This document shows, piece by piece, positions 45,880 through 55,855 of a stretch of DNA of 64,000 nt. The notes beneath the pieces were generated by a model. It was given only the letters and a program-made list of their open reading frames with translations. It was not told where the DNA came from and searched no databases. The translations under genes were made by a program, and so were the position numbers. Numbering within the stretch: the first letter of the stretch is position 1; every line of letters begins with the position of its first letter. The stretch is from Planctomycetota bacterium (lineage in GTDB: Bacteria; Planctomycetota; Planctomycetia; Planctomycetales; Planctomycetaceae). The stretch lies in the NCBI GenBank assembly GCA_043777375.1, contig JAYWHX010000009.1, positions 94,918-158,917 on the forward strand. Direction: 5' to 3'.

Positions 45880-46890
45880 TTAAAGTGGGAGAGACGGTTT
45901 CCACTCCCCTGACTCAATCATTTGTCGAGTCTTATCATGCCGGTAGGCAAACATTCCATCGAGCTTTCGACGGATCAACCATCCCCCAAAGAACTGGCCC
46001 ACGATTCCCAGCGGGGCTTGGTACTCGACTTCATCACGAAGCAAAGTTCCGCCTTGCCCATCATCGACACAACGATGTCTGTGATACCAGAAGGCGAACG
46101 GACCCGACTGTTGCCGATCAGCGAACACGAGAGGAGGGTCATACTCGGTGTGAAGTGCGACCCAGCGGACCGGTATGACCCCGAGGACTTTTCCTTGGAG
46201 TACCACTCGGCTGCCGATTTGCAGTGAGCCATCGGTTTCCGCCACTTCCATCTTTTCCCAGGGCGGAATCAAGTGCCGGATCGCCCCAGGACTTTCGTGA
46301 AACGCAAAGACCACGGCGGGCGGTGCGGCGATCCGAGTCTCCTTCACAAAGTGCTGACTGGACGCTGAGCCGGGCTGCTCGGTCAGCGTATGGTTCCGAG
46401 CTGCATCGAGCAGAAGCAGTCCAAACGGAATCCACCAGACCAGATCGTTGGTCAGAATTGTCAGGCCAAAACTCGGAGGGAACGTGCCCTTCGACAAGGC
46501 CACGGCAAATCCGACGGGACCAAAGATCTTGCCCAACAGGCCCACCAGCACAATCGGCCAATGTGTTCGCGAATCGCCCGCAGCGATCAGGTACCCAATG
46601 CCGTACACACCCACGATCATCCCCACACACTGCCAGATCTCGGGGTAGTTCAGTCGGGGAATCCCGCACAGGTCAAACAGCAGGTTCGGAAACCCAATCG
46701 TGATCGCGCCCCACGCCAGGTTGTAAATCCCAGCTGCAATCAGCCAACGACTCGTCCGCAGGGGGGCTGAATTCGGGGTTGTCGTGGTACGCATCGGTGA
46801 CTCTGAGACTCGGACGGTTTCAGTCATCAGGACAGGACTGGCATGTGCCGAGGACATGACGACAATGATTGCGGGGATGCAGCGTATCAA
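45880..46890 (-). CDS. Fusion of an N-terminal polytopic membrane domain with a C-terminal SRPBCC (START/cyclase-like) domain
   Basis: Hydrophobic N-terminal ~170 aa. The C-terminal FVKETRIAAPPAVVFAFHESPGA...FAFWYHRHRC pattern is typical of the SRPBCC fold. Confidence 0.5.
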   Translation of the reverse strand: MIRCIPAIIVVMSSAHASPVLMTETVRVSESPMRTTTTPNSAPLRTSRWLIAAGIYNLAWGAITIGFPNLLFDLCGIPRLNYPEIWQCVGMIVGVYGIGYLIAAGDSRTHWPIVLVGLLGKIFGPVGFAVALSKGTFPPSFGLTILTNDLVWWIPFGLLLLDAARNHTLTEQPGSASSQHFVKETRIAAPPAVVFAFHESPGAIRHLIPPWEKMEVAETDGSLQIGSRVVLQGKVLGVIPVRWVALHTEYDPPLVFADRQQSGPFAFWYHRHRCVDDGQGGTLLRDEVEYQAPLGIVGQFFGGWLIRRKLDGMFAYRHDKTRQMIESGEWKPSLPL

Positions 46891-47119
46891 TGATTAGTTT
46901 AGAGAGATGAAATCAATCACCAAATCGTCGTCATCAAACCCGCGTGCATTGGTCCGAACAGAGACGCTGTCGGTTTAACGGACAGTTCGAGTCCAAATAT
47001 TCATTCGGATGTGGAACCGCTGTGGGTCAGCGATAATCTCTTGTCGAGCAGGGCGAACGCCACTCCCTCTCACACCTTCCACACTGCATGGAATACCTCG
47101 GTGAATCCGTGGAGCTGTC

Positions 47120-48076
47120 TTAAAACTCTCCTACGATTTCGGCATTTCCTCGTGTCCCGAGTGCAGCCCAGACGCCAGTATCGATGTTCTCGCTAATGAA
47201 CCTCGCAGAACCATCACACAGCGTGAATTGGGATCCACCGACATGTTCGCTGCCATACGCAGACACACGGGCATCTTCATAGCTGTTCTGATTGGGAACT
47301 GTCCCGGTCGGGTGCCGATAGTTCATTCGCTGATTCGTTCCGAGCGTGACATCTCCCAAGCCTGGCAGCCCCGTGGATGGCGCCCAGAATCCAAACCCAT
47401 CCATGGTTGAACGTGTATTCGCAGACGCCCAAGCGTGATACGCCACGTCACGATGAGCCCGTTCTCCGAAACACAGGGTACTGGTCGTCCCATCGATCAC
47501 GTCGCGAATACGGTGCTTGCTGTTCAGATAGAACAGACCATCTGGAACGAACCCGACCGGGAGTCGACTCGGGTGGAAGGACCAGCGCCCAGCATTTCCT
47601 CCGTAGCTGCCGAGTGCGTACCGTGCGAGGATTGGTGGGACAACGCTTGTGGGCGTCGACTCGTGGATCGGGGCTGCCATCACATCGGATGGACAGACCA
47701 GCACTGGCAAAATCGTGGCTGTTCGCTGCGTGATCACGTTGTTGAACGGGTTGTTATAGTCCCACTGCTGGGCCAACGGAGCCTGATCCAGGTAGGGCAG
47801 TAACAAGCAGAATAGCGAGACTGCGCGGTTCCTCGGAGGGTTCGGCAATTGCCCCGCCGGAGTCAGCCAGTTCAGCATTCCGGACGGAAACACGGTGAAC
47901 GTGTCGTGGTAGTTGTGAACTGCCAGCCCCAGCTGCTTCAGGTTATTTTTGCAGGATGATCGCCGCGCCGCTTCGCGTGCTTGTTGCACTGCGGGCAGAA
48001 GCAGAGCGATCAAAACCGCAATGATTGCAATGACCACCAGAAGTTCGATGAGGGTGAATCCGCGCGGGTGTCTCAT
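47120..48076 (-). CDS. DUF1559 protein with prepilin-type N-terminal domain and H-X9-DG motif
   Basis: [35 protein letters not shown] and [13 protein letters not shown] chose the start at MRHPRGF, because the longer ORF-track N-terminus is not protein-like. Confidence 0.85.
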   Translation of the reverse strand: MRHPRGFTLIELLVVIAIIAVLIALLLPAVQQAREAARRSSCKNNLKQLGLAVHNYHDTFTVFPSGMLNWLTPAGQLPNPPRNRAVSLFCLLLPYLDQAPLAQQWDYNNPFNNVITQRTATILPVLVCPSDVMAAPIHESTPTSVVPPILARYALGSYGGNAGRWSFHPSRLPVGFVPDGLFYLNSKHRIRDVIDGTTSTLCFGERAHRDVAYHAWASANTRSTMDGFGFWAPSTGLPGLGDVTLGTNQRMNYRHPTGTVPNQNSYEDARVSAYGSEHVGGSQFTLCDGSARFISENIDTGVWAALGTRGNAEIVGEF

Positions 48077-48226
48077 GAGGTCGTCTCTTGAAATCCAAAG
48101 CATGCCAATCGCAAATCGCACGACAGAACTATTTGCAAATGCTATGGTACCTTGGCAGGGGTCTTCTGCAACGCTGGGGGAATTCTCGTGGCGGAAAAGT
48201 TCATTGATCACTGAGGAGTTCGGCCC

Positions 48227-48628
48227 ATGACTATTCGTCTCGTCGCGATATGGGGCGTCTTCAGCATGGCTGCCATGGCATCCATGCTTCTGGCGGAGGA
48301 GGCTCCTCCCCGGATCAAGCCGGATGAAGCACGCATGTTTGTCGACAAGAAGGTCGAAGTTGTCTTTGAAGTGAAGCACTCGAAATATTCCGAAAAGCGG
48401 AAGACTGCGTTTCTCGATTCCGAAGAGAATTTCCAAGACGAAAAGAACCTGGGCATCGCGATCACCGAACAAGGGATCCAAGACCTCAAGCAGAAGCGGG
48501 CCGTCGATGGTCCGGCGGACTACTATCGTGGCAAGACGATTCGCGTCCTCGGCACGGTGATCCTCAAGGAGGAGAAGCCGTACATCGAAGTCAACGAGGC
48601 TGATCAGATAGACCTGGCCCCGCAGTAG
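48227..48628 (+). CDS. Small secreted protein, unknown function
   Basis: Signal peptide [23 protein letters not shown], followed by a charged beta-rich mature part. Confidence 0.45.
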   Translation: MTIRLVAIWGVFSMAAMASMLLAEEAPPRIKPDEARMFVDKKVEVVFEVKHSKYSEKRKTAFLDSEENFQDEKNLGIAITEQGIQDLKQKRAVDGPADYYRGKTIRVLGTVILKEEKPYIEVNEADQIDLAPQ

Positions 48629-48665
48629 GTGTGTGCATCACAGAGGTCGGCACCCTCCAGAAATT

Positions 48666-48854
48666 CACCACGGAGGAAATGAGGCCTTCGGGTTCAGAGG
48701 GTTTTGACAGGATCAACAAGATCAACAGGATGAGATCAACGAAGCGTTTCCTCGGCCAGCATCCGGTAAATCCTCTCCATCCTTTCTCAAAACTCTTCGT
48801 CCTGCGCTGGTGTGAGGGCGATCCCCAATAGTCCTGCTCCGTGTCTCCGTGGTG
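48666..48854. repeat. 189-bp intergenic element with caccacggagg / ctccgtggtg termini
   Basis: The termini are inverted repeats and are shared with the intragenic element at 33779-33964. Internal gatcaac repeats are present. Confidence 0.5.
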
Positions 48855-48937
48855 TATTTCAGCCTACTGTTAAGCTGCACACACCCGCAGGCGTGGGCAC
48901 GACTGCTGTTTCAGCGGAAACTGGTAAGATCCGCGAC

Positions 48938-49588
48938 ATGGATGCTTCGTCCCCTTTCTGGCCGGTTCTTTGGTTGTCGCTGCAAGTCAGCGGAGCAGCG
49001 GTGGTGGTGAGTGCGCTGATTGGCCTCCCCGTTGGCGTGTGGCTGGGACTCACTCGCTTTCGAGGAAAGGCGTGGTTGACCGGGATCATTCATACCGGAA
49101 TGGCCTTGCCGCCGGTGGTCGTGGGGCTGGTCTTGTATCTGTTGCTCTCACGCAGTGGACCGCTCGGAAGCTGGGGCTGGTTGTTTACTCCCTGGGCGAT
49201 GGTTCTGGCGCAGTTCGTGTTATGCCTGCCGTTCATTGTCGGGATTACGATGGCTGCGGTAGCTTCCGTCCCCTCCGAATTGTCGTGGCAGCTGCGATCA
49301 CTGGGGGCCAGTCCCGGTCAGGCCCGTTGGGCGATCGTTCGAGAAGCTCGTTCGGGAATCCTGCTGGCGGTGGCCACAGCGTTTGGGAGAAGTCTGTCGG
49401 AAGTCGGGGCGGTGTGGCTGGTCGGCGGGAACATTGCGGGCCAGACGCGAGTCCTGACCACGGCGATTGTGTTGGAAACTGGCCAGGGGCATTTTTCGTT
49501 GGCACTGCTCCTTGGCGCGGCACTGCTCACGGTGGCGCTTTCGATCAATCTCTTGATCGTGCGTTATCAATGGCGAGTGCTGCCATGA
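48938..49588 (+). CDS. tupB: Tungstate/molybdate-type ABC transporter permease (TupB-like)
   Basis: Five to six TM segments, with an EAA-like loop (LGASPGQARWAIVREARSGILLA). Confidence 0.7.
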   Translation: MDASSPFWPVLWLSLQVSGAAVVVSALIGLPVGVWLGLTRFRGKAWLTGIIHTGMALPPVVVGLVLYLLLSRSGPLGSWGWLFTPWAMVLAQFVLCLPFIVGITMAAVASVPSELSWQLRSLGASPGQARWAIVREARSGILLAVATAFGRSLSEVGAVWLVGGNIAGQTRVLTTAIVLETGQGHFSLALLLGAALLTVALSINLLIVRYQWRVLP

Positions 49589-50316
49589 TGTCGCCAGTGG
49601 CATATGATCTGCGGGCGGTCTGCCTGAGAGTTAGTGACTCGTTCTCGCTGGAGATCGATTCGCTCACCATTCACACGGGCGAGACGTTGTGTCTGGTTGG
49701 GCCGACCGGCGCGGGCAAGAGTACGCTGCTCCGATTGCTGACTGGACTTGCGGTCCCCTTCTCCGGAAGTATTGCGTTCCAAGGGCAACCGCTTGAGCTG
49801 GGCCACATTCCCTTGCCGTCCCTCCGCCGCATCGCCACTGCTCATCAAAGCCCGCTTCTGCTTTCGGAGACCGTACGCACGAATGTGGAGTTCGGTTTGC
49901 GGGTTCGTGGAGTGACTCCGGTTCGTGAAAAAGCCGACCGGATTCTCGAATCGCTGGGGCTGCACTCCATCGCCCAACAGGATGCTCGCACGCTCTCGGG
50001 AGGCCAGCGGCAACTCGTGGCAATTGGCCGCTCCCTGGTCGTTGAGCCCGAGGTCCTGCTGCTTGATGAGCCGACCTCGCATCTTGACCCGGCGAATGTC
50101 GCCCGTGTCGAATCTTTAATTCAAGCTCAAAAACAGCGCACGGGGATGACCATCGTCTGGGTCACGCACAACCTGTTTCAAGCCCGCCGAATGGCGAGCC
50201 GCGTGGGGCTGGTATTGAACGGTCAAATGGTCGAAGTCGCCTCGACGGAAGAGTTTTTTGACCGTCCAGCAGACCAGAGAACCGCCGCCTTCATTCATGG
50301 AAAGATGGTGTACTGA
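49585..50316 (+). CDS. tupC: ABC transporter ATP-binding protein (TupC-like)
   Basis: Walker A GPTGAGKST, signature LSGGQRQ and Walker B LLLDEP. The ATGA overlap with the tupB stop sets the start. Confidence 0.8.
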   Translation: MMSPVAYDLRAVCLRVSDSFSLEIDSLTIHTGETLCLVGPTGAGKSTLLRLLTGLAVPFSGSIAFQGQPLELGHIPLPSLRRIATAHQSPLLLSETVRTNVEFGLRVRGVTPVREKADRILESLGLHSIAQQDARTLSGGQRQLVAIGRSLVVEPEVLLLDEPTSHLDPANVARVESLIQAQKQRTGMTIVWVTHNLFQARRMASRVGLVLNGQMVEVASTEEFFDRPADQRTAAFIHGKMVY

Positions 50317-51231
50317 ATGAATCGCAGACACGTGTTGTCTCAGGGCTCAGAAGCTTGGTTGGAGTTCAGGCTTCAGCCTGCTCCGGAACAGCCTCAAGGC
50401 TGGGCTCCAACGTTTCAGGCATGGGCGTTCTTACTCCTCACGCTCCTCGGCTGTTCGGAGCCAACTCCTCCGGCATCCGAGTTGACGCTGGTTTCCACGA
50501 CCTCAACACAGGACAGCGGGCTACTTGATGTACTGGTCCCAGCCTTCGAAAAGGAGAGTGGGATTGAGGTGAAAGTCATCGCGGTCGGTAGCGGTCAAGC
50601 TCTGGAACTCGGGCGACGAGGCGATGCGGATGTGTTGCTGACGCATTCCCCGGACGCTGAGAAGAATTTCATGGAGGAGGGCTGGGGCGCGCAGCGGCGA
50701 GCCGTGATGCACAATGACTTCGTGATCGTTGGCCCACCGGACGACAAGGCCAGTGTGAAGTCGGCCAAGACTGCCATCGAAGCCCTGCAAAAGATCTCCA
50801 GCACACAAAGCGTCTTCATCTCTCGTAGCGACGAATCCGGGACGCACGTGAAAGAGAAGAACCTGTGGACGGCTGCCGACATCGCTCCCCAGGGAGCTTG
50901 GTACATCCAGGCTGGCACGGGCATGGCCCCCTGTCTGCGCATGGCCCATGAGAAGCAGGCGTACATTCTGTGCGACCGAGCGACCTACCTCGCGAACAAG
51001 TCGGAAATCCCTCTTCTGATCCTGCACGAGGGCGATGACCGGTTACTCAACCGATACTCCGTAATCACGCTCAACCCCGCGAAGCATCCGCAGGTCAATC
51101 AGCTGGAAGCCCAGCGTTTCGCCGACTACCTTGTGTCTCCTAGTGGACAGGCTGTCATCAGGGGCTTTGGAAAAGAGCAGTTCGGTCAATCGCTGTTCAC
51201 TCCGGATGCGGCCCCAGGAAATCGGCCCTAG
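50317..51231 (+). CDS. tupA: Tungstate ABC transporter substrate-binding lipoprotein (TupA-like)
   Basis: Lipobox LLGC. STTSTQDSGLLDVLVPAFEKESGIEVKVIAVGSGQALELGRRGDADVLL closely matches the TupA signature TTTSxxDSGL. Confidence 0.8.
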   Translation: MNRRHVLSQGSEAWLEFRLQPAPEQPQGWAPTFQAWAFLLLTLLGCSEPTPPASELTLVSTTSTQDSGLLDVLVPAFEKESGIEVKVIAVGSGQALELGRRGDADVLLTHSPDAEKNFMEEGWGAQRRAVMHNDFVIVGPPDDKASVKSAKTAIEALQKISSTQSVFISRSDESGTHVKEKNLWTAADIAPQGAWYIQAGTGMAPCLRMAHEKQAYILCDRATYLANKSEIPLLILHEGDDRLLNRYSVITLNPAKHPQVNQLEAQRFADYLVSPSGQAVIRGFGKEQFGQSLFTPDAAPGNRP

Positions 51232-51358
51232 CGCTGTGCCCCATGTCTCTTGAGGTCGAGTCACCGTTCCCTGTTTGAACATGACGCCTTCTGAGTTCCG
51301 ACGCTTCAAGGTTCGACCACGAGCGTCCCTATGCCAGCTGTCCATCGTAGAGAAAGCC

Positions 51359-51730
51359 ATGCCCCGTCCAACGACTCTGCCTCTGCAACCTCGACTGAAA
51401 ATCTGGTTCGAGTCGAACGGCGAATACGCATTCGGTTTCGGCCTGTGCGAAATGCTGGAGGCTGTGCAGAACAAGGGGTCGATCAAGGAGGCTGCCGTCA
51501 GTATCGGCAAGAGCTATCGTCACGTGTGGGGGCGGATCAAGGCAGCGGAAAAAATACTGGAGAGGCCGCTCGTTCAAACTCGCGTGGGAGGCAAATCAGA
51601 CCACCGCAGTGAGCTGACTCCGGAAGCAACCCGCCTCTTAGAGAGCTTCATGACTCTTCGTCAGACGATGAAGGAAGTCTTGGAGCGAGAGTTCACAGCT
51701 CGTTTCAAATCCCCCTTGAAGTCGAGTTGA
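51359..51730 (+). CDS. ModE N-terminal-domain-like winged-helix regulator (no Mop domains)
   Basis: GSIKEAAVSIGKSYRHVWGRIKAAEKILERPLVQTRVGG parallels the ModE HTH region. The protein is only ~123 aa. Confidence 0.65.
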   Translation: MPRPTTLPLQPRLKIWFESNGEYAFGFGLCEMLEAVQNKGSIKEAAVSIGKSYRHVWGRIKAAEKILERPLVQTRVGGKSDHRSELTPEATRLLESFMTLRQTMKEVLEREFTARFKSPLKSS

Positions 51731-51803
51731 GATTGGATCAGTCGTTCAACGCAGTGATCATTAAGAGACGACTGATGGGGCTGGCAGTCTCTGATTTCTC
51801 AAT

Positions 51804-52505
51804 CTATTCGTCGACGAGACGATAACCAATACTCGCCTCGGTTTTGAGGTATCGCGGGCGGGCGGGATCATGTTCGAGCTTGCGGCGCAGCTGTCCCATG
51901 TAGACGCGAAGATACTGGTTCTCATACACGCTTTCCGGTCCCCAGACTTCCTTGAGAAGTTGCCTATGGGTGACGACTTTGCCAGCATGGCAGACGAGAA
52001 CTTGAAGCAGGCGGTACTCGGTGGGAGTCAGATGGACGGTCGTCGCTTCGAGAGTCACCTCGCGACGTCCCAGGTCCACGGTCAAGTCGCCAACACAGAA
52101 GACACTCTCCACGCCAGGAGCGGCTCTCTGTATCGAATGACGCAGGGCCACTCGTAAACGGGCCAGGAGTTCGCTCACCCCGAACGGCTTGGTTAAATAG
52201 TCATCGGCCCCGGCGTCGAGTGCGGCAACCTTGTCGGACTCCCGACCTCGGGCCGAAAGGACAATAATCGGAACTTTGGACCACTCACGAAGTCGACTGA
52301 TGACCGTCAATCCATCCTCGTCAGGCAATCCCAGATCCAGGATCACGATGTCGGGCGGTTCGGTGATGGCATGACCGATTCCCTTCCCGGCGGTGTCGGT
52401 CTCTGTGACGACGAACCCATGCGACTCGAGCGAGATCCGCAAGAACTTGCGAATCTGCAATTCGTCTTCAATGACGAGAATGCGTGGCTGGTCGTTGCTC
52501 GCCAT
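51804..52505 (-). CDS. kdpE: OmpR-family response regulator KdpE
   Basis: Receiver domain (ILVIEDE...DLGLPD) plus a winged-helix C-terminus. It lies immediately downstream of kdpD. Confidence 0.9.
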   Translation of the reverse strand: MASNDQPRILVIEDELQIRKFLRISLESHGFVVTETDTAGKGIGHAITEPPDIVILDLGLPDEDGLTVISRLREWSKVPIIVLSARGRESDKVAALDAGADDYLTKPFGVSELLARLRVALRHSIQRAAPGVESVFCVGDLTVDLGRREVTLEATTVHLTPTEYRLLQVLVCHAGKVVTHRQLLKEVWGPESVYENQYLRVYMGQLRRKLEHDPARPRYLKTEASIGYRLVDE

Positions 52506-52561
52506 CGGGGAAAGTGGCCTCTGTCGGATTCCCGTGTTCCAAGGAAGACATGTGCTGGATT

Positions 52562-55243
52562 CTACTGCCGCGGCTGAGTCCCTGCGAAGTCGCTCTGTGG
52601 CGGGAGCGGCAGGCTGACGCGAAAGAGCGCTCCTCCCCCTTCACGATTCTCAGCTGCGATCGTTCCCCCGTGCAGTTCGACAATGCACCGGCAAATCGTC
52701 AGTCCGATCCCCGTACCGGCTCGGGCGTTTCCCTCCACGCGATGGAACTTCTCAAAGATTCGGCCCTCCTCACCCGATGGAAGGCCCGGACCCCGATCGG
52801 CGATTTCTAAAATGAGCTGCCGTCCTACGTGGCGACCGATCAGTTCGATCTCTGTTCCGGCAGGAGAATACTTCGCGGCATTGTCGAGTAGATTGGTCAG
52901 CACCTGTTGCATCAAGAGACCATCAATAGCAACTGGCGGCAGATCGTCCGCGATCGAAGAGGTCACATGATGGTCTCGGAGCAGGCGTTCCATGCGGGCC
53001 AATGTGACTCCCACCACTTCCTCAATCGGTTGCAGTTCCTTTTGCAGCTGGATGGCATGCGACTCGAGTCGTGTCAGGTCCAGCAGATTTGCGACGAGGC
53101 GGTTAAGCCGTTCGGATTCATCCACGATCGACTCGGCAAGGTCGGTCCGCAGGGACACCTCAAGATTGGGTCCGGCGACGAGGGTACTGGCCGCACCCGT
53201 AATCGTGGCCAGAGGAGTACGCAGGTCATGTGAGACAGTACTGAGGAGTGTATTGCGAAGCCGCTCCGTCTCCATCTCCAAGCGGGTGTGTTCTGCCAAT
53301 TCGGCTAAAGCACAGCGCTCAAGAGCACTGGCGATCTGAGAGGCGAACGCCTGCAACATATCTCGTTGCGCCAGAGCGAGTCGTGCTTCCGGTTCACGCG
53401 GCCGCACTCCGAGGACTCCCACTATTCCACTCGGTACGAGGAGCGGAAGATAGGTCGCAGTGGCCCCAGGCAGGGTGTCCGTACCCGGTCCCGCAGGCCG
53501 TAAGTGTTCGAAGACCCATTGGACCACTCCCTCGTCGGATGATGGGGGAGCCTCTTTGATTGACTCTGGCACCACGAGTCGACGTTCGTGGTCAACCCCT
53601 AAGACCCAGGCTTCGACGGACATCTCTCGTTGAATAATTTCGCGACTGGCCCAGAGGATCGACTCGCGTGTGGGGAGCCCGGAGAGTTCTTTGCTCAAGG
53701 CATAGAGTGCGGAGGTCCGCTGCTCCCTGTCTCGGAGATGAATCGATTGAGAACGAACGCGGGCGGTCAGTTCGCTGATGACGACACCGATCACGAGCAT
53801 CACGGAAAACGTGAGCAGGTATTGAGTATCGGAGACCGCTAGCGTGCCATAGGGGGGGATAAACAGGACATCGAAGACAGCCACTCCCAAAACTGTGGCC
53901 TGGATCGATGGACCACGCCCCTGAGTCAAAGCCACCACGACCACACCCGCGAGGTAGACCATCACGAGATTCGTGGGTTCAAAGAAACGCGATAAAAACC
54001 ACGAGATCAACGTACAAATCGACACGGTGGTTAACGACCACAGGTACGGTCTCCATGAGGGCGAGACTCGATCACTGAAGGTCGTGGGCTTCGAGGCGAC
54101 CTCACCTTCTCCTCGCGTCACATACACATCAATGTCACCACTCTCGCGGATCAGTTCTGAGACTAGCGAGCCTTTCCACCATTCGACCCAGCGTGGGAAA
54201 TTTGACTTACCAGCGATAATCCGGGTGACGTTTTGCCGCCGACCATAGTCGATGACTGTCGCGGCGAATTCCTCTCCGGCCACCGTGGCGACCGTGGCCC
54301 CGAGTTCCTCCGCCAGTCGGAGGTTTTCCTCCAATCGTTGGCGATCGCCGGCGCTCATGACGCGGGCGGCGTTGGCTTCCACATGCAAGGCGATCCAAGG
54401 GGCGTGCAGGCTGGAGGCCATGCGCCGCGTCGCGCGAATCAACCGGGCCGACATCGGGCTGGGACCAACACAGACTAGCAGGCGTTCCGAGGTGGGCCAG
54501 ATGGGTGCCACAGCATGGACCTGGCGGTAGTCCACGGCCTCCGCCCCCACACGATCCGCCGTCTTGCGCAGGGCCAGCTCACGCAAGGCGATGAGGTTCC
54601 CTCGTCGGAAAAAGTTCTCAATCGCGCGGGCCGCTTGGACCGAAACGTAGATCTTCCCCTCTCGCAGCCGATTGATCAGATCCTCCGGAGAGATATCAAC
54701 CAGCTCGACCTCGTCGGCGTCCTCAAAGATTCGGTCCGGAACCGTTTCACGCACTGGGATCGAGGTGATCTGTGCGACCACATCGTTCAGGCTCTCCAGA
54801 TGCTGCACATTGAGCGAGGTATAGACTGTGATTCCGGCGTCCAGCAGATCCTCAATGTCCTGCCAGCGTTTCGGATGGATTGACCCCGGAGGATTCGAAT
54901 GAGCCAACTCATCGACGACGATGATCTCCGGCTTCCTCTCCAGCGCCAGCACTAAATCAAACTCGGGAATCAAATGCCCTCGATAGTCGACCATCTTCTT
55001 GGGCAAGACATCGAGCCCCATGACCAGCGCGTAGGTCTCGGGCCGAGCATGCGGCTCGACATAGCCGACAATCAGGTCCACCCCTTCCTTCGCGACCTTG
55101 CGGGCCGCCTCCAACATCGCATAAGTCTTCCCGACGCCGGGGGCCATGCCAAAGAAGATCTTCAGCCGCCCCCGCTGTTGCTGGGTTTCTTCAGCCTGCA
55201 CTCGGGCCAGCAGGGCATCAGGATCGGGACGGTCGGATGACAT
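52562..55243 (-). CDS. kdpD: Sensor histidine kinase KdpD
   Basis: N-terminal KdpD domain with GMAPGVGKTY, a Usp-like region, four TM segments, H-box SHDLRTPL and an ATPase domain. Confidence 0.95.
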   Translation of the reverse strand: MSSDRPDPDALLARVQAEETQQQRGRLKIFFGMAPGVGKTYAMLEAARKVAKEGVDLIVGYVEPHARPETYALVMGLDVLPKKMVDYRGHLIPEFDLVLALERKPEIIVVDELAHSNPPGSIHPKRWQDIEDLLDAGITVYTSLNVQHLESLNDVVAQITSIPVRETVPDRIFEDADEVELVDISPEDLINRLREGKIYVSVQAARAIENFFRRGNLIALRELALRKTADRVGAEAVDYRQVHAVAPIWPTSERLLVCVGPSPMSARLIRATRRMASSLHAPWIALHVEANAARVMSAGDRQRLEENLRLAEELGATVATVAGEEFAATVIDYGRRQNVTRIIAGKSNFPRWVEWWKGSLVSELIRESGDIDVYVTRGEGEVASKPTTFSDRVSPSWRPYLWSLTTVSICTLISWFLSRFFEPTNLVMVYLAGVVVVALTQGRGPSIQATVLGVAVFDVLFIPPYGTLAVSDTQYLLTFSVMLVIGVVISELTARVRSQSIHLRDREQRTSALYALSKELSGLPTRESILWASREIIQREMSVEAWVLGVDHERRLVVPESIKEAPPSSDEGVVQWVFEHLRPAGPGTDTLPGATATYLPLLVPSGIVGVLGVRPREPEARLALAQRDMLQAFASQIASALERCALAELAEHTRLEMETERLRNTLLSTVSHDLRTPLATITGAASTLVAGPNLEVSLRTDLAESIVDESERLNRLVANLLDLTRLESHAIQLQKELQPIEEVVGVTLARMERLLRDHHVTSSIADDLPPVAIDGLLMQQVLTNLLDNAAKYSPAGTEIELIGRHVGRQLILEIADRGPGLPSGEEGRIFEKFHRVEGNARAGTGIGLTICRCIVELHGGTIAAENREGGGALFRVSLPLPPQSDFAGTQPRQ

Positions 55244-55270
55244 ATGGCTCAGTCTAAACGCGGACGAGAA

Positions 55271-55843
55271 TTATTTCGCGGAGTCAAGTGCGAGATTCAG
55301 TTTCAGGACATGCACGCGGGGCTGCCCCAGAACCCCGAACGTTGGCTGTTCGATGTGCTGGTTGATGAGTGCTTCGATCTGATTCAGGGAGAGGTGACGT
55401 ACTCTCGCAACTCGTGACATCTGATACTGGGCCGCTGCCGGACTGATGTGTGGGTCGAGACCCGAAGCAGAGGCGGTCACCAGATCGACCGGGATGGATG
55501 ACTGGTTGCCGGGATCAGCCTCTCGTAGCCGGGCGACCCGATCACGAACAGCGTCGACGAGAGCCGGATTCGTCGTGGCCTGGTTCGAGCCGCTCCCGCC
55601 CAGACCATTGTACGGGACGGGGACGGTCGCCGATGGTCGTCCCCAGAAGTACTGCGGATCATCGAACGATTGACCCAACAGCTCCGATCCGACTTTGCGG
55701 TCCCCTTCGCGAAGCAGGCTGCCTGTCGCCTTCTGAGGAAACAGGGTATTCGCACCCAGTGTCACCACGAGCGGGTAGGCCACTCCGGTAACCAGAGTCA
55801 ACAACCCGAACAACACGATGGCTGGTTGTATTGGACTTCTCAT
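55271..55843 (-). CDS. kdpC: Potassium-transporting ATPase subunit KdpC
   Basis: N-terminal TM segment plus ASGLDPHISPAAA motif. Confidence 0.9.
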   Translation of the reverse strand: MRSPIQPAIVLFGLLTLVTGVAYPLVVTLGANTLFPQKATGSLLREGDRKVGSELLGQSFDDPQYFWGRPSATVPVPYNGLGGSGSNQATTNPALVDAVRDRVARLREADPGNQSSIPVDLVTASASGLDPHISPAAAQYQMSRVARVRHLSLNQIEALINQHIEQPTFGVLGQPRVHVLKLNLALDSAK

Positions 55844-55855
55844 GCTCTCTCTCCT

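Noticed and set aside
48077-48481. 135-aa N-terminal extension of the DUF1559 ORF (ORF-track start at 48481)
   Set aside because: DUF1559 and prepilin-like proteins begin a few residues before the G/FTLIEL motif. The ATG at 48076 gives [13 protein letters not shown]. The upstream part overlaps the divergent gene region.
48855-48937. Possible Moco (molybdenum cofactor) riboswitch in the tupB leader
   Set aside because: I could not recognise the conserved Moco-motif core sequences. Most of the region is occupied by the palindromic element. A covariance-model scan (Rfam RF01055) would be needed to settle this.
48970-49584. Long N-terminal extension of the ABC ATPase ORF (ORF-track entry 48970..50316)
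   Set aside because: The extension overlaps tupB in another frame and is Arg/Gly-rich. The ATPase domain begins right after the ATGA junction at 49585.
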